DNA of 64,000 nt from Penicillus capitatus. Taxonomy: Eukaryota > Plantae > Chlorophyta. The stretch lies in NCBI GenBank assembly GCA_965649825.1, contig OZ287715.1, positions 62,001 through 126,000 of the forward strand, read 5' to 3'. Below, piece after piece: positions 12,201-25,165 of this stretch. The translations under genes and the position numbers were made by a program. The notes beneath the pieces are model-generated. The model searched no databases and was not told the DNA's origin. It worked only from the letters and a program-made list of their open reading frames with translations. Position 1 is the first letter of the stretch, and each line of letters starts with the position of its first letter.

Positions 12201-14378
12201 TTATGCATCCCTTTGTTGCTGTCTTTCTGCGTGAAACGAGACGGTTTCGGGGGATCGATGATCGTCCCCTCTCAATCTCTTGGCCACATGGGAGGACACT
12301 TCAGTTAATGTATGATCTGCCGTACCGGCGGCGGCGGCTGTGGGCCCCTCGATTTCCATGTCGCCTGTGCTGACATGACTCAGGTCTGGCATCTGATCTG
12401 TATCGTCACTGCCTTCGGCAAAGTAGTCCTCCTCCTCTTTGTCCATCTCCCGCGAATTCCGTTTCACTCGCACACTGCTCACACTCATCATCGATGCATC
12501 CTTCTGTTCCAGACTACTACCGCCTTCCTGTTTCTTATCATACTCTCGCTTAATCTCTTTAAAGGTCGCGACATATGAGATCGTGCACAGTCGACCGTAG
12601 TACAGTTCCACGACAGTGGCAATGTGCTCATGTCGTTGCTCTTTCTTCAAAAAGTCAAACACCTCCAGAATGGTGGAATTGAGTAGATTGTTGCGATCGC
12701 CGTTTTCCAGAAGAAGATCTGCCAGACGACCCAGAACCTCTGAGCGATGGATGATTCGATCGTAGAACGTGTCTTTCATTCCAAGCAACGTTCTGAGAAA
12801 ACGCACGGCAGATGCCACCAACCATTTCTCACGTGCTTTCAACAGACCCAGAATACGATCCAACACAGTACTACGTAATATGCAATACTTCATGGTGTAC
12901 GAATGCGTCTGTACACAAAAACAGAGCAGATCAACAACAGCAACTTTGGCACGGGGGGACACATAGTCGGGTAATCTGTCACGGGCAGGAATATCTGCAT
13001 CCTTGATCAGTCCAATGGCTAAGACATCGAACAAGTCATGAATAAAAGTGCCATAGAATATTTCCAGGAAAGAATCGAATTTGCTAACGGGTTCGTCTGC
13101 CTGTTCCATCAGCGCCTTGATGGCTTCGAGACTTTGTTGCGTGAGGCCCATTTTGTCTCCTGTGATGAGACAGTCGAGAAGGAGCTGCAGCAACGGGTAC
13201 TTGGGTGTCAAGGCAATGTGCCTTCTCACGGCGGCTGGATCTTGAGTCGTGGCCGAATGGAGGATATCGATAACTTTCATCTTCATTTCCAGGCAGCCTT
13301 CTCTCAGGACCTCGGTCAGAACAGAGAAGAAACCCAGTTTCTGCATCTTGACTAGAATGCCCAACTGATTGGACGGCTGCAACTGACGCAGAAGCTGACA
13401 ATACTCTTGCAAGAAACCCACCAGATCGGTCCATTCCTTCGTACCGGCATCCTGTTCGCGAATTCGCCGAAAAAGATCTTCGAAAAATGAAGACTGAACA
13501 GAAAGAGCATTTACGATTTCCATGTTACCAACCATGATCATATGCGATAGGCAAGAGAACATGGGTTCGTCCATTAAACGCGGCAAAACCACGTCCTTGA
13601 TGTACTGCATTCGATAAACCCGATGGATTCTTCGGATGATCTCTGGATTGGAGATCGTCATCACTTCTTTGAAACGGACCTTCTCTTTCAGATACTCCCT
13701 GTGCTTGATGCGAACAGGAATGTCTGGATCGTATTCTAAACAGCCAACAATGTGTATGGCATGGGCATCGCAGAAGAGCTCTTCGGCAGCGGCAAAGTCG
13801 GCATGGATCACCAGCGTCCGAGCAATGCGACAGCAGTTCTCCAGACTGGATATATCCTCCAAGTCTTCACACTGCTGAAAGACCTGGACGAGTTGAGCAA
13901 TGAGTTGGGGCGTTCCAGATCGTTGGAGGAGTTGATCTTTTGCAAAGGGTTGTTGGCCATCATCGAACATCTTGGTCACCATCTCGAGATTTGCCAGAGT
14001 GAGTTTGGGAAATGCCTTTTCGGCTTTTGTCTCCTCTGCTAAACTGCCTCCCGATTCTTCAGTCCCTTTCTCCACTGTCTTCTCTAAGACCTGCTGCAGC
14101 TTCGCGTAGACTTCTTTGCAGTACGAGCCATGTTCAAAACTCAGAGCGTGTTGCATGTTAGATGTGACATCTGTCCAGCGAATAATTCTGCTATCCTCTT
14201 GGAGCGTATAGCTTTGGCCAGAAACGCCGATTTTATGTTTCAGCAGAACACCCCCGTTTTGTTCTTGAGTCACAACGAACCCTGTGGTCTCGCTCTCAGG
14301 GTCAAATGCAAAATGGCCCGTGCCTTCATCTTCCCATTCTGTATCTTGTTTGGAAGAATACAGCTTGACACGTTCCAT
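12201..14378 (-). CDS. PPP4R3: Protein phosphatase 4 regulatory subunit 3 (SMEK/PSY2)
   Basis: EVH1-like RVKLYSSKQDTEWEDEGTGH; SMK-1 domain HIVGCLEYDPDIP...HREYL...IHRVYRMQYIKDVVLPR; NNLLNSTILEVFDFL. One uninterrupted ORF, first in-frame ATG at 14378. Confidence 0.93.
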   Translation of the reverse strand: MERVKLYSSKQDTEWEDEGTGHFAFDPESETTGFVVTQEQNGGVLLKHKIGVSGQSYTLQEDSRIIRWTDVTSNMQHALSFEHGSYCKEVYAKLQQVLEKTVEKGTEESGGSLAEETKAEKAFPKLTLANLEMVTKMFDDGQQPFAKDQLLQRSGTPQLIAQLVQVFQQCEDLEDISSLENCCRIARTLVIHADFAAAEELFCDAHAIHIVGCLEYDPDIPVRIKHREYLKEKVRFKEVMTISNPEIIRRIHRVYRMQYIKDVVLPRLMDEPMFSCLSHMIMVGNMEIVNALSVQSSFFEDLFRRIREQDAGTKEWTDLVGFLQEYCQLLRQLQPSNQLGILVKMQKLGFFSVLTEVLREGCLEMKMKVIDILHSATTQDPAAVRRHIALTPKYPLLQLLLDCLITGDKMGLTQQSLEAIKALMEQADEPVSKFDSFLEIFYGTFIHDLFDVLAIGLIKDADIPARDRLPDYVSPRAKVAVVDLLCFCVQTHSYTMKYCILRSTVLDRILGLLKAREKWLVASAVRFLRTLLGMKDTFYDRIIHRSEVLGRLADLLLENGDRNNLLNSTILEVFDFLKKEQRHEHIATVVELYYGRLCTISYVATFKEIKREYDKKQEGGSSLEQKDASMMSVSSVRVKRNSREMDKEEEDYFAEGSDDTDQMPDLSHVSTGDMEIEGPTAAAAGTADHTLTEVSSHVAKRLRGDDHRSPETVSFHAERQQQRDA

Positions 14379-14522
14379 TTCGAAGATACGAGCGACAGCA
14401 ATGGAGCGGCTGACCGCAAAGAATGGCGTTGAATGATCAAAATGATGACGATGTGACGGCCGAAGGGGGGACCGATCACCAGACAACGTGAGGGATCTCT
14501 TATCCGCCCACTGGCGACAGCA

Positions 14523-15817
14523 ATGCCTTCCAACACACTTCAAATCTCCTGCGCGTCTAGTCGAGCACATCGCACGGCTCTACACTCGTGTGTCACAAGA
14601 CGTGGATCCAGACACGTCGACGAACGGTCTGTGCGTTTTCTGGGCCAACTGTCGGTGGAGAGTGACCGAGTGGGTGTCTCTGCTCGGTCTGGTGGAGATG
14701 CAATGGTATGTGTGGAGATCAGTTGAGGGCTGTCGTGGTGGATCAGGAGGCCAAGGCAGAGAGCACTGCTGAGGAAGTTCCCAAACGAGCAGGGCTGCAT
14801 CTGACGGATGCAAGCGCATGTGAGGGCGTGTCTCACCAGCATGTATGGAATGAAGGACTGGAGATGGACAAGAATGTGAAACACAAGATGAGCGTGACAC
14901 ACACTGGAAAAACGCATTCCATGAAGGCGATGAAAAAACTGTCCGAGAAACTCACAGGCGTAGAAAAGAGTGCCGAACACCGGATGAAGATTTCAGCATC
15001 TCAGAAGAGAAGACATGCTGCCAATCCAGCATGGCAAGCCACCGAGGAGGCACACAGAGATTTTGAAGGTCCTTGTGGGACACCACGGCAACAAACGACT
15101 CCCAATTCACACTTCACTGCGCACGTCAACGAGAAGGTCCATTCAAAACAGTACTCCAGAAAGACGAAGACGCGTGCCGAAGTGAGAGTCTGTCACAAGA
15201 TACTCTGTCATCTGATGCTTCCTGTGCCTGTGAGGTGTTGAAAATGTACAAAGACATGTTGCGACAGTATCGCCGTTTGCAGTCTGAGCTGTCGCCTTGG
15301 ATGCAGACCTTTGAAAAGAAGAACGGACGGCAGCCGCTCCTGTTGGATGCGGAGGCAACCCAGATTGCATGGCTGACGACGACCTTCAAGCAGTATCTGT
15401 TGATGAGAAGCAAGCTCTTTAAAGACATCCCTTCTATGAAAAGGACAATAGCAGAAGCGCCAAAGACAACGCCGGAGAAATTATCACCGAACAAAGAGAG
15501 GTGTCCTGTCGCTAGCCCAGAGGCGAGGATGACGTCGAACAGCAATATTGCTGCCCTAACGCATGGGCTCATTCCCTCTTCTTCGATGTGTCAGTATCTC
15601 ACACTTTCTCAGTGACGGACGAGATTGAGATTTGTTGTCGGTGGTGTATGTAGCGAAGATGGAGCGGATGGAGATGCTGGCCAATTCTCCTTTGTCGTCC
15701 GATCGAGTGAAGCATGCGATGTCGGCTGCTATAAAATACAAGAGAAACAGGTCTCCTCTGTCACATACTGAACAGCGGACGTCTTCGCCTCAGTTGGGAC
15801 CATTCAAGAGTGCCTGA
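14523..15817 (+). CDS. Putative organelle-targeted NUMOD3-motif protein with a downstream helical domain
   Basis: Ser/Arg-rich transit-peptide-like start; NUMOD3-like repeats KHKMSVTHTGKTHSMKAMKKLSEKLTGVEKSAEHRMKISASQKRRH; then YRRLQSELSPWMQTFEKKNGRQP. Introns near 14705, 15069 and 15590 restore the frame. Confidence 0.65.
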
Positions 15818-16172
15818 GGTGATCCTGAAAAATCACCAATGTGTGTGACTCCCTGTCCTTCCAGTTATCTAAAGTCCAGACCAAAGCAATTGCCGCTGTT
15901 TCCTCCGTGCAACAAACGGTGGAGGATAAGGCGATTTTGTGAGAAGAGGCCACAGTCCAACTGCAACGTAAGGGCAGTGTAGGAGCAACTGTTTTTTGGG
16001 ATGCGTTCAGCGATTCGTTGCTTGGCATTTTTGGGCAGAGGTGTTTTTGATGATTGGAAGTGTTGGTGGATTCTTTACGAGCCAGTTTTGTGAACGGTGC
16101 GCGCACCGTTGTAGTAGATCGCCTTTGCAGATCTCGAACGCGTGGAAGGGCGTCTGCTCGTCGCGTGTCCAT

Positions 16173-18384
16173 ATGACATTTCGCCATCTCCTTGTCAAGC
16201 AACCCATTCTTGCGGCACCTTCTCCAACCGAACGTGGCCTCACACACTTCTCATCCCTGCACCGTCCGTCAGCGCGACGACATCTGAAGCGAACCGTCTC
16301 GACGCATATCACAAACGCCGCTGCGAGTTGGAGTGGATTTCCAGAAAAGGATGCTTGCGAAGTGGCCTCCACTCTCAACGATGACGGACAGAACGCGGTG
16401 ACGGCACGCGTTCGAATTCAGGCATCCGTTTTACAAGTCTGGCAAGTATTGACGAATTTCGAGAAGCTTTTGGACGTGGTGCCATACCTCATTGCCTGCG
16501 AAGAAGTGCCAAGCCCAAATCCCGAGACAAAGAGACTGCGACAGAGCGCCGGCATACAATGCAGTTGGTGGAAACTCTGGGCACAGGCTCTTCTCGAAAT
16601 CCGTTTCCAAGAGCACTCTTCCGGCCAAAGAAAGGAACTTCATTTCAACATGATCGAAGGAGATTTCAAAGTCTGTTCCCTCTGTATGTCCACATACAAG
16701 CGAGGAATGAGAATAACCGCGTGTAGGAATACAGGGGGAGATTTCTTGTTGAAGCGGATCCCGGTGGGTTCTCGTCTGTTTTGGTATTTGATGCGGTGAT
16801 CGAGCCACTAGAATGCATTCCACCCATGCTCTTTGCCTATGCTGTGCAAATTTGGCTGCCTTTCAATCTGAACGGCATTGTTAACGAAGCCGAACGGGTC
16901 GGTGTCTATTCTGTCAGATAAAAAAGGTTTCGAGTGATGACGCAACAGGTGGCGTTAGTGGAAACGTCTATTGCGACTTTTGCGGAGCCATCGACGGAAT
17001 CACAAGTCCCACCCTTGGAAGAGGAGCCATCGATGGAATCGCAAGTCCCACCCTTGGAAGAGGAGCCATCGATCCAACAGCACCCCAATCGCCAATTGGT
17101 GCGCAGAATTAAATCTCGACAGTGATGTTTCGCCATCCAGATGCTGACAGCAATGACCTTCTGTTGGTGTAGAAAGAGAGCGAATCCTGTCGATTACCTG
17201 GGCACTGCTTTTATACCTCTACCGACGCCTCCTGCTGATTTCAGAAGACAGACACTTGATCAGGAGTCAACAATACCTGCTTTTGAACTGGAAGCGAGTC
17301 AGGTGAAAGGCGTGGAGGTGCATCTAAGGAAGTTCGATACAGCAGAGTACCTTCATCGTCGCGTTGTGTGTTTGGTGCGCATTGGCGCCCCTGTCACATC
17401 CGTCTGGAATGTACTGACGGACTACGATCGTCTGGCGGACTTTGTACCGAATCTAGCCACGAGTGAAGTTCTTCCCTGTGCTCCCGGGGCACCAAAGGGA
17501 TACCGCCGAATTCGACAGATCGTTAAAAAAGTCCAGACATACATCCAGCTTCAAGCAGAGGCAGTGTTGGATGTTGTGGAACGCCCCGAAAGAGAGATTC
17601 AATTTCGACAGGTGAATGGCTTCGTGAAAAAACTACAAGGCAAATGGCTTCTGAAATCGGTGAACAATACATGGAGCAAAGTCGAAAAGGATACCCTGCT
17701 TACCTATGCTCTCGAAATCCAGACCCCGCATTCTGAGATTCCTCTTGAGCTCATTGAACCTGTTTTTGAACAGGCAGCTGTCGAAGGTCTTCCACTCAAT
17801 CTGACAGCGCTCAAGCAGGAAGTGCTGCGACTGCAAATCAGACCTTCTCCGGCTCGTCTGTTTGGAGAGTTTGAAGCCTTGAGGATGGAACTGACGAAAA
17901 CCTACTGGCTGAAGAACAGAGGCGTCTTCCCCACGCGGCGACAGCTGAGAGAAGACCGACGATCAGATCTGGAAAGAGCTATAACGGCACACGGTGGTCC
18001 CGTCGCAGTTCCAACTCCAACACTCCCTCTGTTCCCGTTGGCTTGAGTGTGGTGGTGTTGGTTGATTAGGTGAGTGAACGTATGGGATGGGAATCGCTAA
18101 CCAAGCACCGAAAGCCAAGAAGCTACTGGCGAGATTTTGAGAATCTCAAGAGAGAACTCTACGACTTTGGTGTAGAGAATGGGACGGAGGGCATTCCGTC
18201 GATGGGATCGATCAGACGGGCAGGAAGGGACGATCTACGGCGAGCCATTGAGAAATGGGGTGGGATCCGGGCGGTGAAGGAAATGATTGCACTGGACAAC
18301 TCTCTGTTCCAAGGCAACGTTATAGAGCTCATCAACCAACGGCGGAAAATGAACATCGATGTCCGGGATATGGACACACTGTGA
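16173..18384 (+). CDS. Plastid-type double START/polyketide-cyclase (SRPBCC) protein with C-terminal repeat domain
   Basis: Two cyclase domains (VTARVRIQASVLQVWQVLTNFEKL; CLVRIGAPVTSVWNVLTDYDRLADFVPNL) and C-terminal RKPRSYWRDFENLKREL...IPSMGSIRRAGRDDLRRAIEKWGG, as in plant At5g08720-type proteins. Confidence 0.85.
16984..17073 (+). repeat. 39-bp in-frame tandem repeat, about 2.3 copies (EPS[T/M]ESQVPPLEE)
   Basis: ggagccatcgacggaatcacaagtcccacccttggaaga followed by ggagccatcgatggaatcgcaagtcccacccttggaaga (2 mismatches), then ggagccatcgat. Confidence 0.95.
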
Positions 18385-18488
18385 GCCAGCAGACATTCTT
18401 TAACGGATGATCTCGTCCGTCTTGTTACGGCCTCTCTTTGATACACGACTGTAAACATGGTTCTGTAATTGCCGAACCTTGTCTTTCT

Positions 18489-21400
18489 TCACGACGAATC
18501 GCTCAAGTTTTCGATGGACTGGACAAGTGCCGATGCCAGAATGTCTGTCTCCTGAAACTAAAGGCGTTTGCTCACATTCGACGCGACTGGCAATTGGCGT
18601 GTACCATATTGGAAGAGAGACGCTGGATGGACGCAGCAGTAGGTTGTCTGGTCGTCTGCTCGTTTGTGTGACCTTCACGGTCGGATACATTCGCAGGCAA
18701 TTCTTCGCCGTGCTGTTTTCCAGAGATCGTCGTCGTCTGGTGACGCGAAGCATCCACTTCTTCGGACAAGGTATGTCGACGATCCATGCCATCATCTTTC
18801 TCGTCTGGGCTTTCAAAGATCAACGAATAAACATCAGAGCCAGTGGGGGAAGAACAGGATCGCTCTCCTTGTCGACGGTTTTCTGCGGCCTGTTGCTCAG
18901 CAGGGAAGGTCTGTTCGATCGAGTCGCCCTTCTCAAAAACAGACGACACATCAGGGTGCTCAGGCGACGAAGGTTTGCTGTTCTGTCTCGAATCCCCGTG
19001 TTCCGTATCCGAGTCTGAAGTGAAGTCGGCAAGATCGGTGTCTGGATTCTCGTCCGTCTCCGACGCCTTTCCCGCTGCTACTGTCGGAGTTTGAGAATTG
19101 GAAGACGCGTCTTTCTTTGGCGCTGCTTCTTTGAAAGGAGCTGCTTCTGTCGTCTGATTGAGAATCGACCAAAGTCTCTGAGTCATGGGTGCCTCCTCCG
19201 TCGTCAACGACCTATCGTGTGACAGATTCGATGTGACGTTGTTTGGCGAAAACCACCGCAGCTAACCTTTTCTCCTGCAAAGCTGGAGGCTGGATCATCC
19301 GATCTTCGCCGTACTCCGTTGTCGATCGCCATCCATCGGGCCCACGGTCGAGACCACGTTTAAGCCCCGTTCTTAGTGGACTGAAGTCTGCCTCCACTTT
19401 TGTCGGCGAAGACAAGGGCGTGTGGACATTTGAGTATGTCAGTGGCGTAGAGAGAATGGCGAGTTCATCTTTTGCTTCTTCCTTCTCCGAAGAGCTCGTT
19501 GGCAATGATGGGACGTATGGCTCAGGACAGTGCTCGTCGAGGTGCTCTTCCAAACAGGCGTACAGACTCAAATACTCTCGTTGCTTTGCTTTGGAGAGAA
19601 TCTTGAATCTGTTATGGATCTCTTGCTCCAGTTTGTTCCTTGCCTCTTGATAATCCGCATCGGTCACCCTATCCACTGCAGGATCCATTCCAAACGCGCT
19701 AAACTTGTGGTTCAAGTCTCCAAGCAGCGTCGTGATGATTGTTTTCGACTGCTCTTTGAAGACCTACACGAACAAGAAATGGCATCGCATCAAACGATAC
19801 ATGATATTGTCCGGGGGTGGTTGCCTCTTCATCATGCGCTCGTCGCGACCGTAAGGCCTTATTCCATGGCATGACCTTCGGAAAACGTCTCACAAACATT
19901 CGCCATCTCTTCTTCCTTTCCGCATCTGTGGTTGGAACGCTAGAGCCGAGAAATCAAAATCTCCAGTATTTCTTAGATAAGAGAGGAGATGTACGTAGAT
20001 GGCTGGGGCAGTGGGTCCGATACATTTTCGGCCGAGATGTCGGATTCTCTATGAGCATCGAAACATGACGTCATCCTTTCCGTAAGGCCACTGTAAACAG
20101 ACCTCATTGTATCTCGAGGTGCATCCCTCTCGTCTGTGCCGACTGTGGAACTCTTCGCAGGCGAGGGCAGAGAGAAGGCATGTCGCTGTTGTTCCTCAAG
20201 CTCTCTTGTACGTTTCCTAAACAGATGAATGCTCTCTGTATCCAAAGGAGCCTTAAAACACACGCGAGTTTCCGGTTGGAAATTTTTAAAGTGCGCAGCG
20301 TCTCATCCTTCTCAGAGTGAGCTTTGTCGAGTGCATCTCGCAGCTCGTGCACTTTCGACTTCTCTTTCACGAGCTTTGCCTGTAAACGTTCAGCCGATTG
20401 GATCTTCTCTTCTTGCAACTGCTGAATCTCTGGGAACACCGTTGTGGATGGCGAGCATCATCGATATCGAACGCACTCTGTTCGGCGCTTCTCTCGCAAG
20501 CAAGTCTCTCCAATTCACTCTTCAATTGAATCTCGGTCCTGCGCTGTTCGTTCAGAGCCATCTCGCACTGATCGGCTTTCTTTTCATCCTCTTCCGATTT
20601 GAGTTTGTATCTGTCTCTTTCGACCGTCAACGTTTCGATACAATGAGCAGAGGTGATGCTCTCCATCTTCCTGTGTTGGATTCAGATCGCAGACAAGAGG
20701 TTAAAGAAGACAGATCCTTACAGCTTTTGCGTTTCCTGGTCCTTCTCCGATGCGACTGCCTCGTATTCTTCTTTCTGATCTTTGAGCTTCTCGTTGTCCT
20801 CTTGAAGCTGACGAACAGAATCCTCGAGCTCCTGTCGACGTGCTTTCAATGACCTGTCGATCCTCCATCACACGTGTGCATGCAAAGAAGGGCAAATGTC
20901 TACGCAATCTCTTTCTTGGCGTCATTCAGATCTGTTAACAGACTCGTCAGCTCGCCGAAATCGTTTTTCAGTCGCCTGATCGCACTCGCTGCATCGCAGC
21001 AGGAACAGAGCAGTCAATCCACCTGGTCTCATCGAAGTGCTCGTGATGAACATCGGACTGAACTGAAAGGCGAACAGAAATCGTTTCAGCGTCGCAGGAG
21101 AATTGCTGGCAGACCTTTCCAGAGTTTCTCCAGCTGTTCTTTCATGTCGCACATTTGGCTTCGAATGGCGCTCTTTTCGTTGGAGAGGACTTTGAACTCT
21201 TGCAGAATATCCAGCATCCGCGGATGCCATGTCGCTCCCTGAGTGCGTTCCACAGCATCTGTCTGTAGACCATTCGCGGACGTCGCGGCACCTGACTGTC
21301 GCCTGTCGCATCGAGGTTCGTTGCCGTGTCGGAGAAAGGATTGGCCGCCGCCAAGATTTCGTATGTCTGCACATGTCTTTTGATTTGTCGCAGTTCGCGT

Positions 21401-22003
21401 TTGGTCTCCTTCATCTCTGAATCCTGTTGCTTGATTTTCATACGGCAAGCTTTCAGATGCTGACGCAACTGCTGCCTGTCCATACCCTCCTCACCCCACG
21501 TCCAACAGAGAAAACACAATCGCACTTTTGCTGCGAGACGTATTGAAAATCTTCTGAGAGTGTGTCCTGCACGAAGAGCAGGTATTCGATGATCAGCTGC
21601 GCCAGGCGAAAGAGTTTGAGGAAATTGGCAGCGCTGAGACAGGCAGGATCTTCTGTTGCCAGATCAGCGTGGCAGAGATGGACGACGATGCCGTCCAGCG
21701 TATTCACGTCGTTCTGGGCAAACTGCAATGGATGCAGTTTAGCAATGGGTAAGGAGAGAGGTGAGGCCAGACCACTTGTTGGGGATCGATGCCGTAGATG
21801 GCACCCCAGTCAAGCTTGGTTCGATGGGCTGAGAACTGAAATGGAGGTCGTTTGCTATCGTGCAATGTCGATCGATACGTCACACGCGGCAACGTCTCTT
21901 CCTCTTCCCACGCATACTGGTCCCCGTCTCGAAAAGCAGATGTCTTAAACCCTTCACTCGACTCTGTCTGTGCGAACAATCGATCCTGCGACGCCCGCAT
22001 CAT
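18489..22003 (-). CDS. DZIP1: DZIP1/Iguana-like ciliary basal-body coiled-coil protein
   Basis: Dzip-like N domain (PPFQFSAHRTKLDWGAIYGIDPQQV...NFLKLFRLAQLIIEYLLFVQDTL), long coiled coil, then LNHKFSAFGMDPAVDRVTDADYQEA. Introns join the exons in frame to TGA at 18489. First ATG is at 22003 (the ORF-track start at 22048 is TTG). Confidence 0.8.
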
Positions 22004-22089
22004 GATGAAGTCACGTGCCCAGTCAACGTGTCCATCATTATCCGACAAATGCTCGGCATTTCGTAGAAACGTTGTGTGTGACGGTCACG

Positions 22090-22809
22090 ATGGCTTATTC
22101 GTATTTGAGTTTATTGATTGTGCTGTTTTCTGCGGTGACGGGGTTGGTAGCTGAAGGTCTGTGTTGGTTACTAGTCTACCGCACATCTGCTTATCGACGA
22201 CTGGAGGTCGAAATAGAGAAAGCCAATCGTCGAGTGGCAGAAGCCTCCGGCAGTCATGGAAGTGGAAAGAACAAGAAGACAAAGCAGGAACAGCGCAAGG
22301 ATGAACTCATGAAAGCCTCGGCAGGCGAAATCTTCAAAATTCAAATCAAAACTGCTGTCATTGTAAGGCACCTGCCTGCCTTCCGATACCTCTCTGTTTT
22401 GAGCCGCTGTTCGACAGATGGGAGTCACGCTGTTTCTGTTCTACAATGTCCTCTCTCAGTTGTGCGTCCACTGTGGGTAAGTGCGTCCGGTTTTGAAAGG
22501 GTTTTGTGTAGCTTCGACGGTATCCCTGTGGCGAAACTGCCGTTCGACCCACCGGCGTTTGTCCGAAGAGTCGCACATCGCAACCTCGCCGGAGAAGATT
22601 TCACTGACTGTTCCGTGGTGAGCCGCAAAAGACAGTTGTTAAGAGACGTCTGAATCGACGGGTCGTTCTCGTAGGCATTCGTCTACATGCTCTGTGCGAC
22701 GAGCGTGCGGAACAACATAGCGAAGGCGCTCGGTCTGGGGCCATCGAAATTTCTGAAACAGAATATGCTCTTCGATCCAACACGCGCGCAGGCGGCGAAG
22801 ACGCAATAG
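22090..22809 (+). CDS. TMCO1: TMCO1 (DUF106/Oxa1-superfamily ER membrane protein)
   Basis: LVAEGLCWLLVYRTSAYRRL; FDGIPVAKLPFDPPAFVRRVAHRNLAGEDFTDCSVAFVYMLCATSVRNNIAKALGLGP. Three GT-AG introns. Confidence 0.92.
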
Positions 22810-23005
22810 GTGTTTTGGAAGTCGAAGTGACAGCCAGCCACCTTTTACTCGATCGTCCATCTCTGTGACAGACGTTATATCCATGCGACTGTTGAAAATG
22901 GATTTCTTCCGTCGTCGTCGTCGGACGCCGCCTTATCGCAACCTCGCTCCATCGCCCGAGAGAAGTTCTCTTATATAGAGGCGATTCGCTGTTGCGAGTT
23001 TGAGC

Positions 23006-25154
23006 ATGACAGACGGTGAGGTCATGAACGAACACCCAGTTGGCTCTGAGCCACTCTTGACGACGACATCGCGCTTCATTGACATTGGAAAGCAGCCCTT
23101 TGGTAGACAGGAAGCATGTTTGTCTATTGCCCGTCGGTGCGCCACTCTTTGCACATCGCTTGACTTGTTGACGGCGCGCACGCTCTACAGAGAGACGCCT
23201 GAAAAGAACGATGCGTCGACGGAGAGGCGTTCCAGACTGTCCGTCGCGGCGGACATCTGTCGTCAGCGCAGAAGGGAGAGAGGCGCAGTTCCTCGGGAGG
23301 TGTGCGCGGACAACGACAGTACACGGTCTTGCCGGACAATAAGAGTCGAGACGATCCGCCTGGACGACATCGGCGAACGCACAGCGCTCGGGGCTCCGGA
23401 GATCAAAAGCTCGTGCAGTTCGCGTGCGAGCGCAAAGAGAGATACCGTCGAGAAAACAATGATGCTCGATACATCCAGCGAGCTCGTTCCTCCGAGCACA
23501 CGCGAAATACAACCAAAAGCAGCTCCTGTCAACTTCAAGTATGTCCCCATCGTGCACTCGGCCGTTGGTATGCGGTCGAATACAACAGGGCCGAATACAC
23601 TCCCGATCGACAGTGGAAGGAGAGTCCGAGTGCCACAGTCACGGTGCTTCGAACGGAAGTTGCTCGGCTTCAGAGTCACAACGCCGAAAGAGAGAAAGCC
23701 ATCGAGCGCGCACATAACCAAGTCCCACCCGCCCTTTACGCCTTGACGCTCCAAAAGCGGCGCTTTCAGATAAAGGAACAACAGTCCTTTGCCTTAGACC
23801 TCCAAAGGAAACTGCGCACAGCTGAAGAAGAGGTAAAGGAGGTAAAGGAACGCGAAGAGAGACTCTCATCGCACTTATCCCATCTTCAAGAAGAACTCAG
23901 AGAAGCGAAACACGAAACACAATCGACACAGTTACAAGTGCAGGATCTCAAGTCGGATCGCGCCGTCCTCATGGTCTATCGATTCACAAAGGACTGTGTT
24001 CGTCAACAGGCATCAGTTGGGAATCCGAAACGAAGAATTGAGACAAAAACAGTCCGAAATCGAGAGACAGAAGAAACGACGGCAGACAGAAGAAGTGGAG
24101 GTGATCAGTCTGAAAGAAGAGTATCTTCGTCTGCAGAGATCTCTGAAAGAAGAGCTGTCCAAAATCGAGACAGCCGCCGCAGAGGAACGCCAGCAGTCAC
24201 AGACACTGCTCGCGCTGAGGTGGCTCTCCTTCCGTCGATGTCTCGTCCACCTGTCCACCATCGTTGCTTTTGCGGCAGGAAAGAGAGAGGGGAAATGCAG
24301 GAAGAGCTAGAGAATGTCATCGATCAGAATCACGATCTTCTTCGACGCAATCGAGAGCTGGAGGATTCGTGCACTTCTCTGGAGAAACTGCTGATTGACG
24401 CGCGATCGTGCAAATCGAGATGGGTGGGAGATAAGATCGACGCGTCTTCACATCCAAAAGGCATTACCCCGCAACGATGCATATGCATCTCGCCAATGGC
24501 TTCTCCTCTTTTCAGGAAAGGAGAACCTGTCCTTTCAACGAAACCTTTCTCCAACAAGACGAACGATGGCGTTCGACGATCGAAATCGGAACAAGGCAGA
24601 CGATCGCCATCGTCTGGCACAAGAACATGCCGCACATCTGACGGCCTGCCCTTCGAACAGCGTTTCTGAGGATTCAGAGAGTGGCTATTCGACGCGTCGA
24701 CTGCAGAATAGAGAATCGATTGTGGCAGAGTCGGATGCCTGTCAGAATCGCCACTCAGTTTCGCAACACGGCGGTGCGTCCTTGCTCAAGTGGGACGAGA
24801 GCGGAGCGCTTCCTCGCCAGAGCAGTACGCACATCACAATGCGAGCGCCTTACGCCACACAACATTCGCTTCAAGTTCGTCAACCCCAATCACCGTTTCC
24901 ATCTCCGTCAAGATCAATCCTCTATCTAGGACATGCAACATCTCACTCATGAACTGGAGAATCATCTCATGCAGCTCTCTATGAGAAGGAACCAGCTTCA
25001 GAGTGAATACGCAAAGATGCCAACCCATGCTGGTCGGACCCTTGCTGCCAGAGCCAGAAAGCAAGAGGTCGAGCACCAGATGGAGACCATCACTCAAGAA
25101 ATGAGTCGCATTCGATTCAGGCTCAAATGCATCACGGGAAACATAACCATGTGA
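23006..25154 (+). CDS. Coiled-coil protein with MPHOSPH9-like C-terminal domain (likely centriolar); 5' end uncertain
   Basis: Long heptad-rich exons; terminal ELENHLMQLSMRRNQLQSEYAKMPTHAGRTLAARARKQEVEHQMETITQEMSRIRFRLK resembles the MPHOSPH9 C-terminus. Confidence 0.6.
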
Positions 25155-25165
25155 AATCCCTTGTG

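Noticed and set aside
12201-14570. 789-aa version of PP4R3 starting at 14570
   Set aside because: That start is TTG and overlaps the divergent gene. The conserved EVH1-like domain begins at ATG 14378.
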